Source: Piromyces finnis finn (taxonomy: Eukaryota; Fungi; Neocallimastigomycota). From it: DNA of 64,000 nt. Below the pieces are notes generated by a model that saw only the letters and a list, made by a program, of their open reading frames with translations, ran no database searches and was not told where the DNA came from. The stretch covers positions 62,001 through 126,000 of the forward strand of contig MCFH01000002.1 in the NCBI GenBank assembly GCA_002104945.1. Direction: 5' to 3'. The position numbers were made by a program, and so were the translations under genes. Numbering within the stretch: the first letter of the stretch is position 1; each line of letters opens with the position of its first letter. Positions 11,878 through 28,200 of the stretch are shown one piece after another.

Positions 11878-13193
11878 GAAAATTTCTTTATTGATTGAAA
11901 ACTTATCGAAATTATTTAAATTTATAAAAAAAAAATTAAAACAAAAAGAAAAAAAAAAAGTAATAAATAAGTTTCTTATAATTATAATTATAACAATCAT
12001 ATTTAACCACAATCAAATGTCAATGCGTAAAAAACCTACATATTATATATTATAAAGCAAAAAATATATATATATGAAATAAAATACATATACGATATAT
12101 AGCAGGGGAAAAAATGAAAAGAAAAAGAAAATAAATCATACATATTTATAAAGGAAATTATGGATAAAGATAAAAATAAAAGGGAAAAAAAATAAAATAA
12201 GGGATAAATATAATAAATAAAATCTAGTACTGATTTTATATTATGCTTTTATATATTTATATATTTCTTTAATTATTTATTTAATATATATAGTCTATTA
12301 ATATTATTATTTTATACTTTAGATTTTAGTATCATTGGTAATATAACATTATAATAGAAATTATGATTTTCTATTCACGAATATCCATTAGTTTTAATCT
12401 GTTTATTACTATATTATTAATATATGATTATTCCTTATTTAATTTATTAATTCATTTTAAAACCTAAAAACTATTATAATTATCCTAATGTTTGTCTATT
12501 CATAATTTCTTTTTTTTTTTTTTTTTAACTTTGATTTTCTTTCCTCAAATAAATTTATTCATAATTGTAATTTCATAATTTAAAAAAAAAAAAAAATTAA
12601 ATAAACATATTATCTATATAATAAGTTTAAAAAAAAATATGTAAAAAAAGCATATAATAAAAAAAAAAGTGTAAATAGTATATTGGTATATTGTGCATAG
12701 TAATGTTGAATATGAAAGTTATTCTATTTTCATAAATAATTATTTTTATTATTCATTTTATTACCATCTGCTACGACATATTTTGGATATAATTATCGTT
12801 TAAAAATTTTATGATTCAATTTTAAAAAAAATTTTTTTTTTTTTAAATATTATTAATATTATTATAATTTTTATTAATAGAACAAATTCTTCATTTAAAT
12901 AAAAACGCATTTTGAAATTTGAACATTGAATTTCAAATTTTAATTTAATTCCTATATTTTTTTTAAAAAAAAAAAAAGAAAAGGGGAAAAATATTTCTAT
13001 CTTTCTACTAAAAATTCTATCTGTTGTATATTTTTTATTTTATTTTTACCTTTTTCCTTATTTTATATATATTATCATTTATCATATATTTATTAAAGTT
13101 TTTTCACCTACAATATCAATGAAATTTACTATTATTTAATCTTTTCTTTGTATATAAACATAAATATAATAAATATAAATAGTAATAATAAAA

Positions 13194-14407
13194 ATGGATA
13201 CTAATTCAATGGAAAACATGGTTATGGTAAATAAATTATCTGCCATTCTCAATGAACAATATAAATTAATGACAGATATGCAAAATTCGTTAAATCATAT
13301 AAAAGAATTAGCAGCGGACAAACTAGATTATACTGAGCTTTACCAAGATAAGTCAGATTCAAATAAGGAAAAATTCAATGTAGATGATTATGAAAAAAAA
13401 TATATTACCCAACTTAATTATATAGAAGATCTTACAGTACAGAAAAAAGCAATTGAAGGTAGGTTTTATATTATAATAATAATAATAATAATAATATAAC
13501 CCCGATTTTAATACAAAATAAAAATTTTATTTAAAATGATTTTAAAAATATCTTTCTATTCAAATATAATAACCATTATTAATAAATATGAATCGAAATA
13601 CTAATGTTAATGATATTATTTATTTTTTTTTATATTTATATACAATTAATTTTTATATAAAATGTTTCTTATTAATTTTTCATAATTATAATTATACTAT
13701 AATAAATTATTATTAATAAACTGACAAATGTAAATTAAATCAATCGTAATAAATTATTAACTATTGGGAAATTAATCAATTCTTGATATTCTGATGCTAT
13801 TCTATAATAATAATAACTGGATTATTTTTCATATACAACTATTATAATAAAAGAAATTAAACAAAAATTGAATCTGGATGAAGATATTGGTAGTGTTACC
13901 AGAGAATATAATGATATACTAGAAAAAGAAAAAGATCATTTTAATAATCAACCAAAATACAAGCGTTATGCAGCAAATAAAGAATTTAAAGAATTTAGAG
14001 AAACATTATGGGATGTCAAAAGTGAAGGGAAAACCATGCCTTCTCTTTTAATATATACTCGACAAAAATATGCATATGATGATGACGATATGACCATGGA
14101 CACGGTTGAAGATGAAGATGATGACATTGTTATTACTAATCGTCAAGAATCTTTTAAATGTCCTATTACTAAACGTATCATGACCGATCCTTTAATCAGT
14201 CGTCGTTGTGAACATTCCTATTCATCCATTATTAAAGAAATGATTAATAAAAGTCAAGAAAGACGTATTGAATGTCCTGTTGCTGGATGTATTCATTTTG
14301 TTACCTTGAGTGATTTACGACCAAATAAATTATTAGCAAGAAAAATAAGAAGAAAAAAGTTTTTAGAAATGGAAGAAGAAATGGAAGAAAGAGAAAAATA
14401 CGAATAA
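13194..14407 (+). CDS. NSE2: SMC5/6 complex SUMO E3 ligase Nse2/Mms21 (2 exons: 13194-13458, 13854-14407)
   Basis: C-terminal SP-RING FKCPITKRIMTDPLISRRCEHSY...ECPVAGC after a helical N-terminus. The intron GTAGGT...AAG joins the two ORFs in frame (phase 1). Confidence 0.85.
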
Positions 14408-14446
14408 AAATCATATTTCATATAAATGTCTTTATGTTGTTATTAG

Positions 14447-14517
<71 letters not shown>
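14447..14517. repeat. (AAT)n microsatellite
   Basis: Perfect trinucleotide run between the converging NSE2 and fumarate reductase 3' ends. Confidence 0.95.
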
Positions 14518-14518
<1 letters not shown>

Positions 14519-14850
14519 TTTTCATTCATTAGATATTTTTTAATATCTCATCTTTATTTATATTTCTTTATATATATATATAGATATTTGTTTATTTATT
14601 ATTTAATTATGTGTATATTTGTTTAGTTAATAATCATATATTTATACATTTATTTATATATTATATACATATTTATTTGTTTGTATGTTTTGTTTTATTA
14701 CATATTCATTTATATCTATAAAGTACTCTTTTTTTTTTTAGTGTAGAAAAAAATTTAAAATAATGGATTAAAGTTTATATATTAAAAAGGTGAAAAAATT
14801 TATAATACATTATAATATGTATTTTTAATTATATAGAACTATAGACTCAT

Positions 14851-17681
<2,831 letters not shown>

Positions 17682-17925
17682 AATGATATAACCTGCATTT
17701 ATCGTTTAAACATTATAAAATTGTTATTATTTTTACTGTTTAAAAAAAAAAAAATCATTTTGTAATTTGAATATATATATTTAACATTTCAATATACTGT
17801 TACATTATATTTAACGGATTTCTGTTAAAATTTCAATATTAATTTTTCTTTATTATTGATTACTTATTATGACAATTTTATAATTTCATATATAACTTAT
17901 TTTTTATTATTGTTGTTGTTATCAT

Positions 17926-17984
<59 letters not shown>

Positions 17985-19270
17985 TTTTAATTTGTTTTGC
18001 TTTTTTCATGTTTACTGTTCGGGTATTAATAAATATAATTTTTAATTGTAATTTATATGTAAAATCTAAAAAATAATAGTAGATACTACTTATATTTTAT
18101 CAAAATGAAAACTTTAAATTTAAATATTTAGTGTTTTAATAAAAAGTTATTTTGTATATTAAACTTTATTATTAACAAGAGGAAGGTATTTCTTTATATA
18201 TCTATTTATATATTTTTTTATTTTTATTTTTTATTTCAATTTTAAATGATACAAACATCAATAAAAAATTTTCTTGTTTGAAATTAAATTATTATTTATT
18301 AAAAATTAACTATCATACAAAATTTTTAACTTTTTTTCTTAGTTTATTTACAATTATTGTTTAAAAAATAATATTATGTAGAAAATATGTTAAAACTTAC
18401 ATCAATTATACAAATATATAAAGAAGTTAACTATTTATTATTGTTTAATTATTTAAATAAATAAAAAGATTATTTATAAAGAAAAAATTTTCGTATGTAC
18501 TTATTTAATTTATTTTTCTATAATAGGAAATAAGAAAAATAAATAAATTAAAATTTATTAATGATAACATTTATCTTTTTTGATAACAATAAAAAAAGAA
18601 TTCTTATATAAAAGAAAAAACAAAATAAAAGTATTTATTCAAAAAAAAAAATAATATAAAATAAAAATATAACTTTTTAACTTAAACAGTATTAATTATA
18701 TTTTAAAATATATTTTGAAAAAGTAACTTTTATTTTATATAAATCTTTTTTTTTAAAAAAAAAAAAAAAAAGCTGTTATATTAAAGTAGATTCTATTGGA
18801 TAGTATTAAATTAATATACCATATAATAATTAATAAAAATAAAGGATTAGATTAATGATTTTTAAAAAAAGAAGTATAATTATTAAAGTTACTGAAAAAC
18901 TAATCCAAAATGATAAATTGTAAGGGAAAGAAAAGTATCTATCTTATATAAAAAATAAAATATAAAATTAAGTTTTATCTATTAATAAACCATTTAATTA
19001 ACGCTATTTAAAATTATCATATTCATATTATTTATTATTTATTAATACTTTTAAATTCAAATGCTTATTATATTTCATAAAAAATATTCATTATCTTTAA
19101 AAACATAAAATTATAATATTAACACTAATATTAAAATAAGTCAAATTTTATTGTATTGATCTCTAAATTTTTATTAGAGTAAATTTGATATTTTATTTAT
19201 GAAAAATATTAACAAAAATATAGAAAAGAAAATATTTTTATTTGATTAAAAAAAACTTAATTTTTTTTGT

Positions 19271-19417
<147 letters not shown>

Positions 19418-20362
19418 TTATAATATTAATTAAATTTTATAGAAGATATTAATTATAAATTATTTTATAATAATGAAACCCACAAAATCCAAAAAAGAGA
19501 ATATAATTTTTTTTTTTGGAAAAACATATTATTAATATACTTTTATGGCTAAAAATGGCAAAGTTATTCTTCGCCATAAAAATTTATAATTAAAATACAA
19601 AATAAAAACCATAAAAATATAATTATCTTTAAAGGGTATTATTCATAATAATGTAAATAAAATATACTAATTTGAAATAAAATCAAACTAATAATTATGT
19701 AGGTAGAAAATAAAAATAATAATAAATTATTTAAAGAATATAAAAGAATATTAAATGTATTAAATAAATGTATTGCATATTATTGTAATGTATCAATCAT
19801 ATGTAATTGAGGCGTATAATTGTCTTGTTCCTTTCAAATTAAATAGTTATTGTGAAATAAGTTTAATAAATGATTTTATTAATTAATAAAATTAACAAAG
19901 AGAAAAAGTTACATTGTAAATATTACAGTTTTATAATGAGATATATGGTTATGTGAACATATAAAATGAAATAAATAAAAAATAACTATCTCTAAGACAC
20001 ATAATCATTACGTTTAAAACACTTAATAAAGGTTTATTTTATAAGTTACTCACGTGTTTTCATAAATATATGATATAAAAAATAAAATTATGTGACCATA
20101 AATGTTCACAATTATATAGAAATTAATAATATTAATATAATTATACATAATATAAGTTAGTTTCTTTTAGGATGAAAAACTGAATAATGTAAACTACTTT
20201 TTTTTTTTCTTTTCATATTTACAAGTTTAATGAATGATATTATAATATTATATAATTGAATATTTAATTTGCCAAGTATTTTATATTTTTTAAAAATAGC
20301 ACCATAGAAATTGTTTAATATTTATAAAAATAAATACGCCATTCAAAAGATTAAAAAAAAGA

Positions 20363-21077
<715 letters not shown>

Positions 21078-21748
21078 TTTCTGTTAATTTTATATTTCTG
21101 TTATTTTTTTTATAAATCAAATATGTAATATCCAAGCATTACTAATAAAAAGTATTTTATGAAAGATGACTGGCTATCTGTTTCAAATTTGAAGTGTATA
21201 TTTTATTGGTTAATTATTGCATCATTTTACTTAAAATACATTTTCCAAATATGTATTATATTATAGAAAAATTAATGACATCTCAAAAAATAATGTAAAA
21301 AAACGTATCAAAAAGTTTAAAAAAATAAGAAATATAAAAAGGCAGTAATATTAATATTATAGTATTTGAGTATTTTAAACAAAATTAAAAGTATATTTTT
21401 TACAATTACGCCATAATTTATGAAAAACTTATATAAAAATATATTAGTGTAAAAAAAACTTGTGCCATTTTTTTTTTCATTGAGAGCCAATAAAAGATTT
21501 AATAAAGAAAAAGGAAAAATACCTTATAAAATAAAAATAATCAAAGTTTATTAAAGTTTCTATTAAAACTGTGTATTATAATATATTAAAAATCATATTT
21601 AATATATATTATAATATATAATAATCATATTTTAGATTAATAATTAACTTTTCAGAATTAAAATAAAAAGGGTAAGATTTCACCTTTTTCTTTCATCTTT
21701 ATCTTAATAAATATATATAATATATTTTAATAAAATATAATAGTAAAA

Positions 21749-22935
21749 ATGTCTTTCCAAACTCCAGCTAATTTAATTAGTAATGAAAATAGAAAACCAG
21801 AACTAGCCTACAAGACTGAAGAAGAATATGCTACTGCTTTTCAACTTAAAGCTGGTCTTGCTCAAAACTTAAAGGTATTAATTGATATTTTGAAAATAAA
21901 CATTATTATTATTTTATTATTTTTATATAAAATAAATATTAAAAATCAAATAAAAAAAAAATTATATTATAATATTAAAATTATTAATTTTCATAATAAT
22001 AATCAATTTAAATGAAAAATAAAAAATTTATTATTTATAAGGGTGGTGTTATTATGGATGTTGTTAATCCAGAACAAGCTAGAATTGCTGAAGAAGCTGG
22101 TGCTTGCGCTGTCATGGCTTTAGAAAGAGTCCCAGCTGATATTAGAAAGGATGGTGGTGTTGCTCGTATGTCTGACCCAAAAATTATTAAGGAAATTAAA
22201 GCTGCTGTTACAATCCCAGTTATGGCTAAGTGTAGAATTGGTCACTTTGTTGAAGCTCAAGTATGTATTTAGTAAATTTTTTATTTGAAAATTGGATTGT
22301 TTATTAACTTATTAAATAAAAAGATTTTAGAAGCTATTGGTATTGATTACATTGATGAAAGTGAAGTTCTTACTCCAGCTGATGATAAGAACCATGTTGA
22401 TAAGCGTCAATTCAAGGTTCCATACGTTTGTGGTTGTAGAAATCTTGGTGAAGCTTTAAGAAGAATTAATGAAGGTGCTGCTATGATCAGAACTAAGGGT
22501 GAAGCTGGTACTGGTGATGTTATTGAAGCTGTTCGTCATGCACGTACTCTTATGTCTGATATCCGTAAAGCTCAAAGTATGACTGATGAAGAATTATACG
22601 CTTATGCCAAGGAAATTGGAGCTCCATACAATCTCCTTAAGCAAACTGCTCAATACGGTAGATTACCAGTTGTTAACTTTGCTGCTGGTGGTGTTGCTAC
22701 TCCAGCTGATGCTGCTTTAATGATGCAATTAGGTATGGATGGTGTTTTCGTTGGTTCAGGTATCTTTAAGAGTGGAAACCCAAAGAAGCGTGCTAGAGCT
22801 ATTGTTCAAGCTGTTGCTCATTACAATGATCCAAAGGTTTTAGCAGAAGTTAGTGAAGATCTTGGTGAAGCTATGGTTGGTATTAACTGTGATTCTTTAC
22901 CAGAATCTGAAACTCTTGCTAAGCGTGGTTGGTAA
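21749..22935 (+). CDS. PDX1: Pyridoxal 5'-phosphate synthase subunit Pdx1/Snz1 (3 exons: 21749-21874, 22042-22260, 22324-22935)
   Basis: [90 protein letters not shown] and ...KRGW end. GT-AG introns restore the frame. Confidence 0.97.
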
Positions 22936-23444
22936 GAAGTTTTATTAAAGAAAAAATAGAGGAAATAATATATAATTGTTATTTATCCTTTATTTCATTA
23001 AATTAAATACTATTATAATAATACATAAAGATAAAATAATAAATTTATTTTATTTATAAACAAAACAAATATAAAAAAGAATAACTATAATATAGTTTAA
23101 CAATTTGAATTAATTTATTTCATAAACAACCTATAAATTAAATATATATTTAAAATAATTTACTTTAAATTAATATGCAATTAATAATTATAATGAACTT
23201 CATAAATAAACAAGCAAACAAACAACAACAACAATAATAATAATCAAATATAAAATAAAAATAATAAAAAAAAATATATAAATAATTTTTTTTTTCCTCA
23301 TTTAATTAATAATAGTGTTAAAATATAATAAAAATTAAAATAGTATATAATTTAGGGTAATTAATAAAGGCTAAAAAATGAAAGATTGGTAAAACATTTT
23401 AATTGTTTAGTCTTAATTATTAGTTTTTTTAGTATTTTTATGTT

Positions 23445-24120
23445 ATGAGTACCTTAAGTTTTTATATGGTTACTATTGGCTATTAAAAACAGGAAGCAGA
23501 TCTGAGTTAGATACTAAAATTGCTAAAGCTGCTAAAATAATTAATCTGCTTTGTCCCAATTACTGTCCATACTGTAAAAGTAACAATCAACTTTGATTAA
23601 TCAAATTTAATGATACCCATAGTAAATAAATATTACAATTGTTTAGTTTAAATATTCTATTATTTTAAGAATAGTCATTCAAAAAGTTCCATCATAATAA
23701 TTATGACAATAATTATAGTATAATAACAATAATATCGACAATAATAATAACAATTAAAATAATAGATCCTATTAATATTGATAATTATGCTAGATATAAT
23801 AGTATTTATAATAATAGTGAAGATGATTATTATAATTATTTAAACTTTAACAATACTAATTTGAAAGAGAATATAAAGAATTTTTCAAATGTTAAATCAA
23901 ACCAGACACATACGAATAATCTAAATTTTTGATGGTTATTGCTGAAATTCTAACTATAATAATGATTTATATTATTGACCAACGGCAATATCAAAGAAAC
24001 AAAGAAATAGTAAGACGTAGGGTTAGCTCAACCCATAATAGAGACTTCTACTGGCAAATTTCGAACTTTGATACCAAATCCTATTGAATACAACTGATAT
24101 ACTTAATTACAATAGGAACC
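23445..24120 (+). pseudogene. Degenerate 3' relic of a family-B-like LINE immediately upstream of the full-length copy
   Basis: TTATGAGTACC...CTATTGGCTATTAAAA...TGCTAAAGCTGCTAAA...TGTCCCAATTACTGTCC aligns with about 28918-29045. Followed by an Asn-rich tract and GAAATAGTAAGACG (vs GAAACAGTAAGACAG); multiple stops. Confidence 0.8.
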
Positions 24121-24321
24121 TTCTTAATTAAAATTTCTAGAATACATTTATATCCATTCGTAATATATAATAATAATAATAATTAAGATTTTAAAAATGT
24201 TTACTGCATTAAAAACCCAACAATTCCTTCCATTTCCCAATTACATTATTTTTCAATGTATCATAACATTATTAACATTATTATTATTAATAGAATTTTC
24301 CTTTTTTAATATATTTAGTAT

Positions 24322-24568
24322 CCCTCTTGGGAACGTGCCTTCATTTATTTAATAAATGTAGTTTCTCAAGGGGGTCTACTCATGCTCATGGTACTGAGAG
24401 AGTAGAAAGAATTAAATCCAAGTATCGCGCAATGGATGCTTGGTGCCCTCTTGGAAACGTGCCTTCATTTATTTAATAAACGTAGTTTATCAAGGGAGTC
24501 TACTCATACTCATGGTACTGAGAGAGTAGAAAGAATTAAATCCAAGCATTGCGCAATGGATGCTTGGT
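24322..24568 (+). repeat. Two tandem 124-bp structured monomers forming the LINE 5' end (24322-24445, 24446-24568), plus a partial third hairpin at 24599-24614
   Basis: 7 substitutions between copies by manual alignment. Each copy has three inverted repeats: CCCTCTTGG..AAC/GTT..CAAGGG, TCTACTC/GAGTAGA and CCAAG(C/T)AT/ATGCTTGG. Confidence 0.9.
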
Positions 24569-25211
24569 TAGTCTTTAAGGGAAAATTATTAGGACTAAGC
24601 TCATGGTACTGAGCGATTAAAAAACATTTTATTCATCGAATTTAAGTATTTGATGAATAAGTTGAATGTTTGATACTCAGGTAAGTTTGTATAGTATTTA
24701 ATTAGAAGATTAATACATTTTGTTGCTGTATTTTTTCTTTTATTCATGTATTCATGTAGTACTACTCTTCTCTTGTAAGAATCCAATGTAGTCAACTTTA
24801 GCATTTGCATTGTATTTTTATATTCATGTAGCTATTGTTGTATTGTTTCTTGTAAGAGACTGATTCACTCTACATCATGTAAAAATACTATTCACAAGCT
24901 TTCTGGTGTCGACATTCTTGATTCAAATTTTTTACCAATTTAAATATTTAATGAAAAGTAAAGTCAAACAAGTTTAGTGTCAAAAAGCGAATCGAATTTA
25001 CTAACAACAAACCAAAACTAGAATTTTTAAAGAAAATTTACAACTAGAATTCAAAAAAAAGAAACTTTAAACAAAGCATCGTAACAATTTTTGTACTATC
25101 CAGTACTTTTAAGAAGAGAGAGAGAGACAGATTTTTTCCATATACGTTATATTTATAATTTTTATTAGTATTTATTTTATATTCAATATTTTTTAATTAG
25201 AATTTATTATC

Positions 25212-28200
25212 ATGTCAGTCCTTTATATTAAAGATAAGAATTATATCAGACGTGGTACCCGGTCTTATGGTATCCCCTTAGATGATATTCGCTCCTTCTT
25301 TATCCGTGGTATTCGATCATGGTCAGTAAATATGCTATGGGAAAAACTCGAGGTTATTCTAGAAGATAAATTTAATTCAGTTATTAGTGTTAAATATTTT
25401 CAAACTTTCAATGATCACTTTTTCTTAGTCAAGGTTCATGGTTCATCAAAAGATTGTATTAAAATCTTACACATGTTAAAGAAGAAACTTTCAGTTACCT
25501 CAATTTCCTTTTCAGCTCGTAGTAGAAGGAATCACAAATACATTTTTTCCACTCTCAAACGTAAAATTTTAGTTTCTAATAAACATCAACATTCTATTCA
25601 ACAATCATTTCAACAATCAGTTCAACAATCTCATCAACAATCCGATCTTCAACAAGATCTTCAACAAGATCTTCAACAAGTTTCCAATCATGAAAATATT
25701 CCAGATCTACAGCAAACACAATTTCAATCTCAACATTCAACAATTAATTCTAATAGTTCTATCAACTCTGCTAACAGTTCAATAGTTGATAGTTCTTCAG
25801 TTTCACAGCCATCTAGTAATAGTTCTACTTATTCCTCTGATGCATCATCCATTAATAATGATGACCTTGATAATAATAATAATAGCAACGATTCTTCCTC
25901 ATCCAACAAGCCTGATAACTTTTCTTTTTGTCTTAGTTGGAACACCAATGGGTGGAATCATGAAAAGAGAGATAGTATTAGCTATTTCACAGCTATTTTC
26001 AAACCATTATTTTTATGTTTCCAAGAAACTGGTAATGGTTCTGGATCGAATACAGATTATCCTTGTCGTGTTACTTTGCGAAACTATAGACACTTTTTCA
26101 AGAAAGCTGACGAATCAGTTCCTGGAATGAGAGGTTTATATTTAGGTTTTCACAATTCGTGTCAAGCCTCACTTGAAAACTTCTCTGGAAAGTATATTAT
26201 TTCTATTTATACTTTTAGTCTCTGGAATAGATTCAAATGCTCGATTGGAAATGTTTATATGCCTCATAGTCATCACAACATCTATGTTGATCATGCAAAG
26301 TTAGAAGTTCGCTTGTGGTTACAAACTCATTCATCCCATCCATCGATTCTTGTTGGTGATTTTAATATGTCTAAAGTAAAATTATCCAACTGGTTATCAA
26401 CTAATGGATTAGGAGATTGGGAAATTCTTCCGCTTAGAGGGTCTACTATCTCTTGGACTCGAGGTGATCAATCTTCCGACATTGACCATGCTCTTATCAA
26501 TTCGAAGATGAAAGATCTTATTCACTCAGGATCATTTATAAATAATTTTTATCCAGTATCAGACCATAAGCCACTTCTTATTAATGGTAAAATTATTCCT
26601 ATGGATGATTTTTCTAATGACTTTAATGTTCCTAAGAAAATTCTGAAATGGAATAGATTAAAATGTATTGAGGAAAAGGAATCTATTCTTAGTCATAATA
26701 AATTCCAAATTCTTTCAGCAAAATTCAACGATCCTAATGTTTCTACAGATGAACTTTCCAAAGAATTTACTTCAACTGCTTTTTCAATTGCAGACGAGCT
26801 CAGTATTACCTCAGCAAATAATGTTATAAAGTCTTCATTTCATATTTCACAACAAATTTTTAATCTCCAAAAAATCAAAATGAAGTTGTATAAGAGATTT
26901 AAAAAAGAAAGAATTTATGATATAGATGAATTTATTAAAAGAATTAAAATCTACCGTAAGCTCATTGATTACATCCACAAAAGATGTAATGAATTTAGGA
27001 AACAAGAATATCTTCATTGGATTAAAACAGGATGTGAGTATATGAAGAGTCATAATCCTAAGAAGGCCTGGAAATGGATCAAGAAAACTGCAAAAATTGG
27101 AAAAGATTCTTTCTTTATTGCTCAACCAATTAAAAACAAAAATGGAGAATTAGTTGTTGCTACGGAAGAACAACTAGATGTGTGGCATGATCATTTCGAA
27201 AAGCTTGCATCAGATCCAAGTGGTGTAAGTCTTGATTTGGAGCATTGGTATGAAGAACCAACGAATAAACGTTTTTCACTTCCTATGCTTGATGAGTGGG
27301 ATATCAACCAAGATATTAGTATTGATGAAGTCAAGTCAGCTATCCTCTCTACTCCAAATTATAAAGCATCAGGTCCGGATGGTATTCCAATTGAATTTTA
27401 CAAAGCATTAATTCCATCAAGTAATGATTCTAATAATGCTACAGATAATAATTCTTCCGGTAATACCACTTCAGATAATGATGCTCATGGTTTAAATTTT
27501 ATTCTTAAATTATTTAACCGTATTTGGGATGGAGACTTCCCCAACTCATGGAATGAATCCAGTATTGTTTCTATTCCTAAGAAGGGAGATTTGACAGATT
27601 GTGATAACTATCGAGGTATATCACTTATCAATAATGGTATTAAGTTGATTTCCAAAATTGTCACCACTAGAATCTCAGAATATGGTTTAAAGAATAATTT
27701 CATTAGACCTGAACAATTTGGTTTTCGAAAAAAGGAAGAAAGTATCAGTCTTTTCATTTCAATCCAAGAAATATGCCGTAGACGTCAATTAGATAATAAA
27801 GAGACATATTTGGCCTTTTTAGATCTCAGGAAAGCATACGATTCAGTCCCAATCGGTAATATTCTCCATAAATTAGATTGTTTAGGAATCCGAGGTAAGA
27901 GTTTACAATTCATCAAAAATTTATATTTAACATCTAAGGCTAATGTCAAATTAAATGGACAATTCTCGAAATCTTTTGATGTGAAGAAAGGAGTCCGTCA
28001 AGGTTGCCCTCTTTCTCCTATTCTCTTTAATCTCTTTATTAATGATATATTTAAAGAGTGTGAAGATCTCGGAGTCAGTTTAGGTGACACTCGATGCTGT
28101 GGTGGACTTTTTGCAGATGATATAGTTATTTGTGCTCCAACAAGAGGATACTTAAAAAAGATGCTTAGAAGAGTTAATGAATGGGCTTTGTATAATGAAA

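Noticed and set aside
24376-24425. Hammerhead ribozyme suggested by GTC...CTGAGAGAGTAGAAA
   Set aside because: The core reads CUGAGAG rather than CUGANGA, there is no stem II, and the base after GAAA (G) cannot pair with the G of GUC. Not a canonical hammerhead by manual check.
24322-24615. CRISPR-like array
   Set aside because: Units are whole-length tandem duplicates with no unique spacers, the context is eukaryotic, and no cas genes are present.
24601-24810. 69-aa antisense ORF in the LINE 5' UTR (ORF0-like)
   Set aside because: Short, no recognisable motif, and a length expected by chance. It cannot be supported without conservation data.
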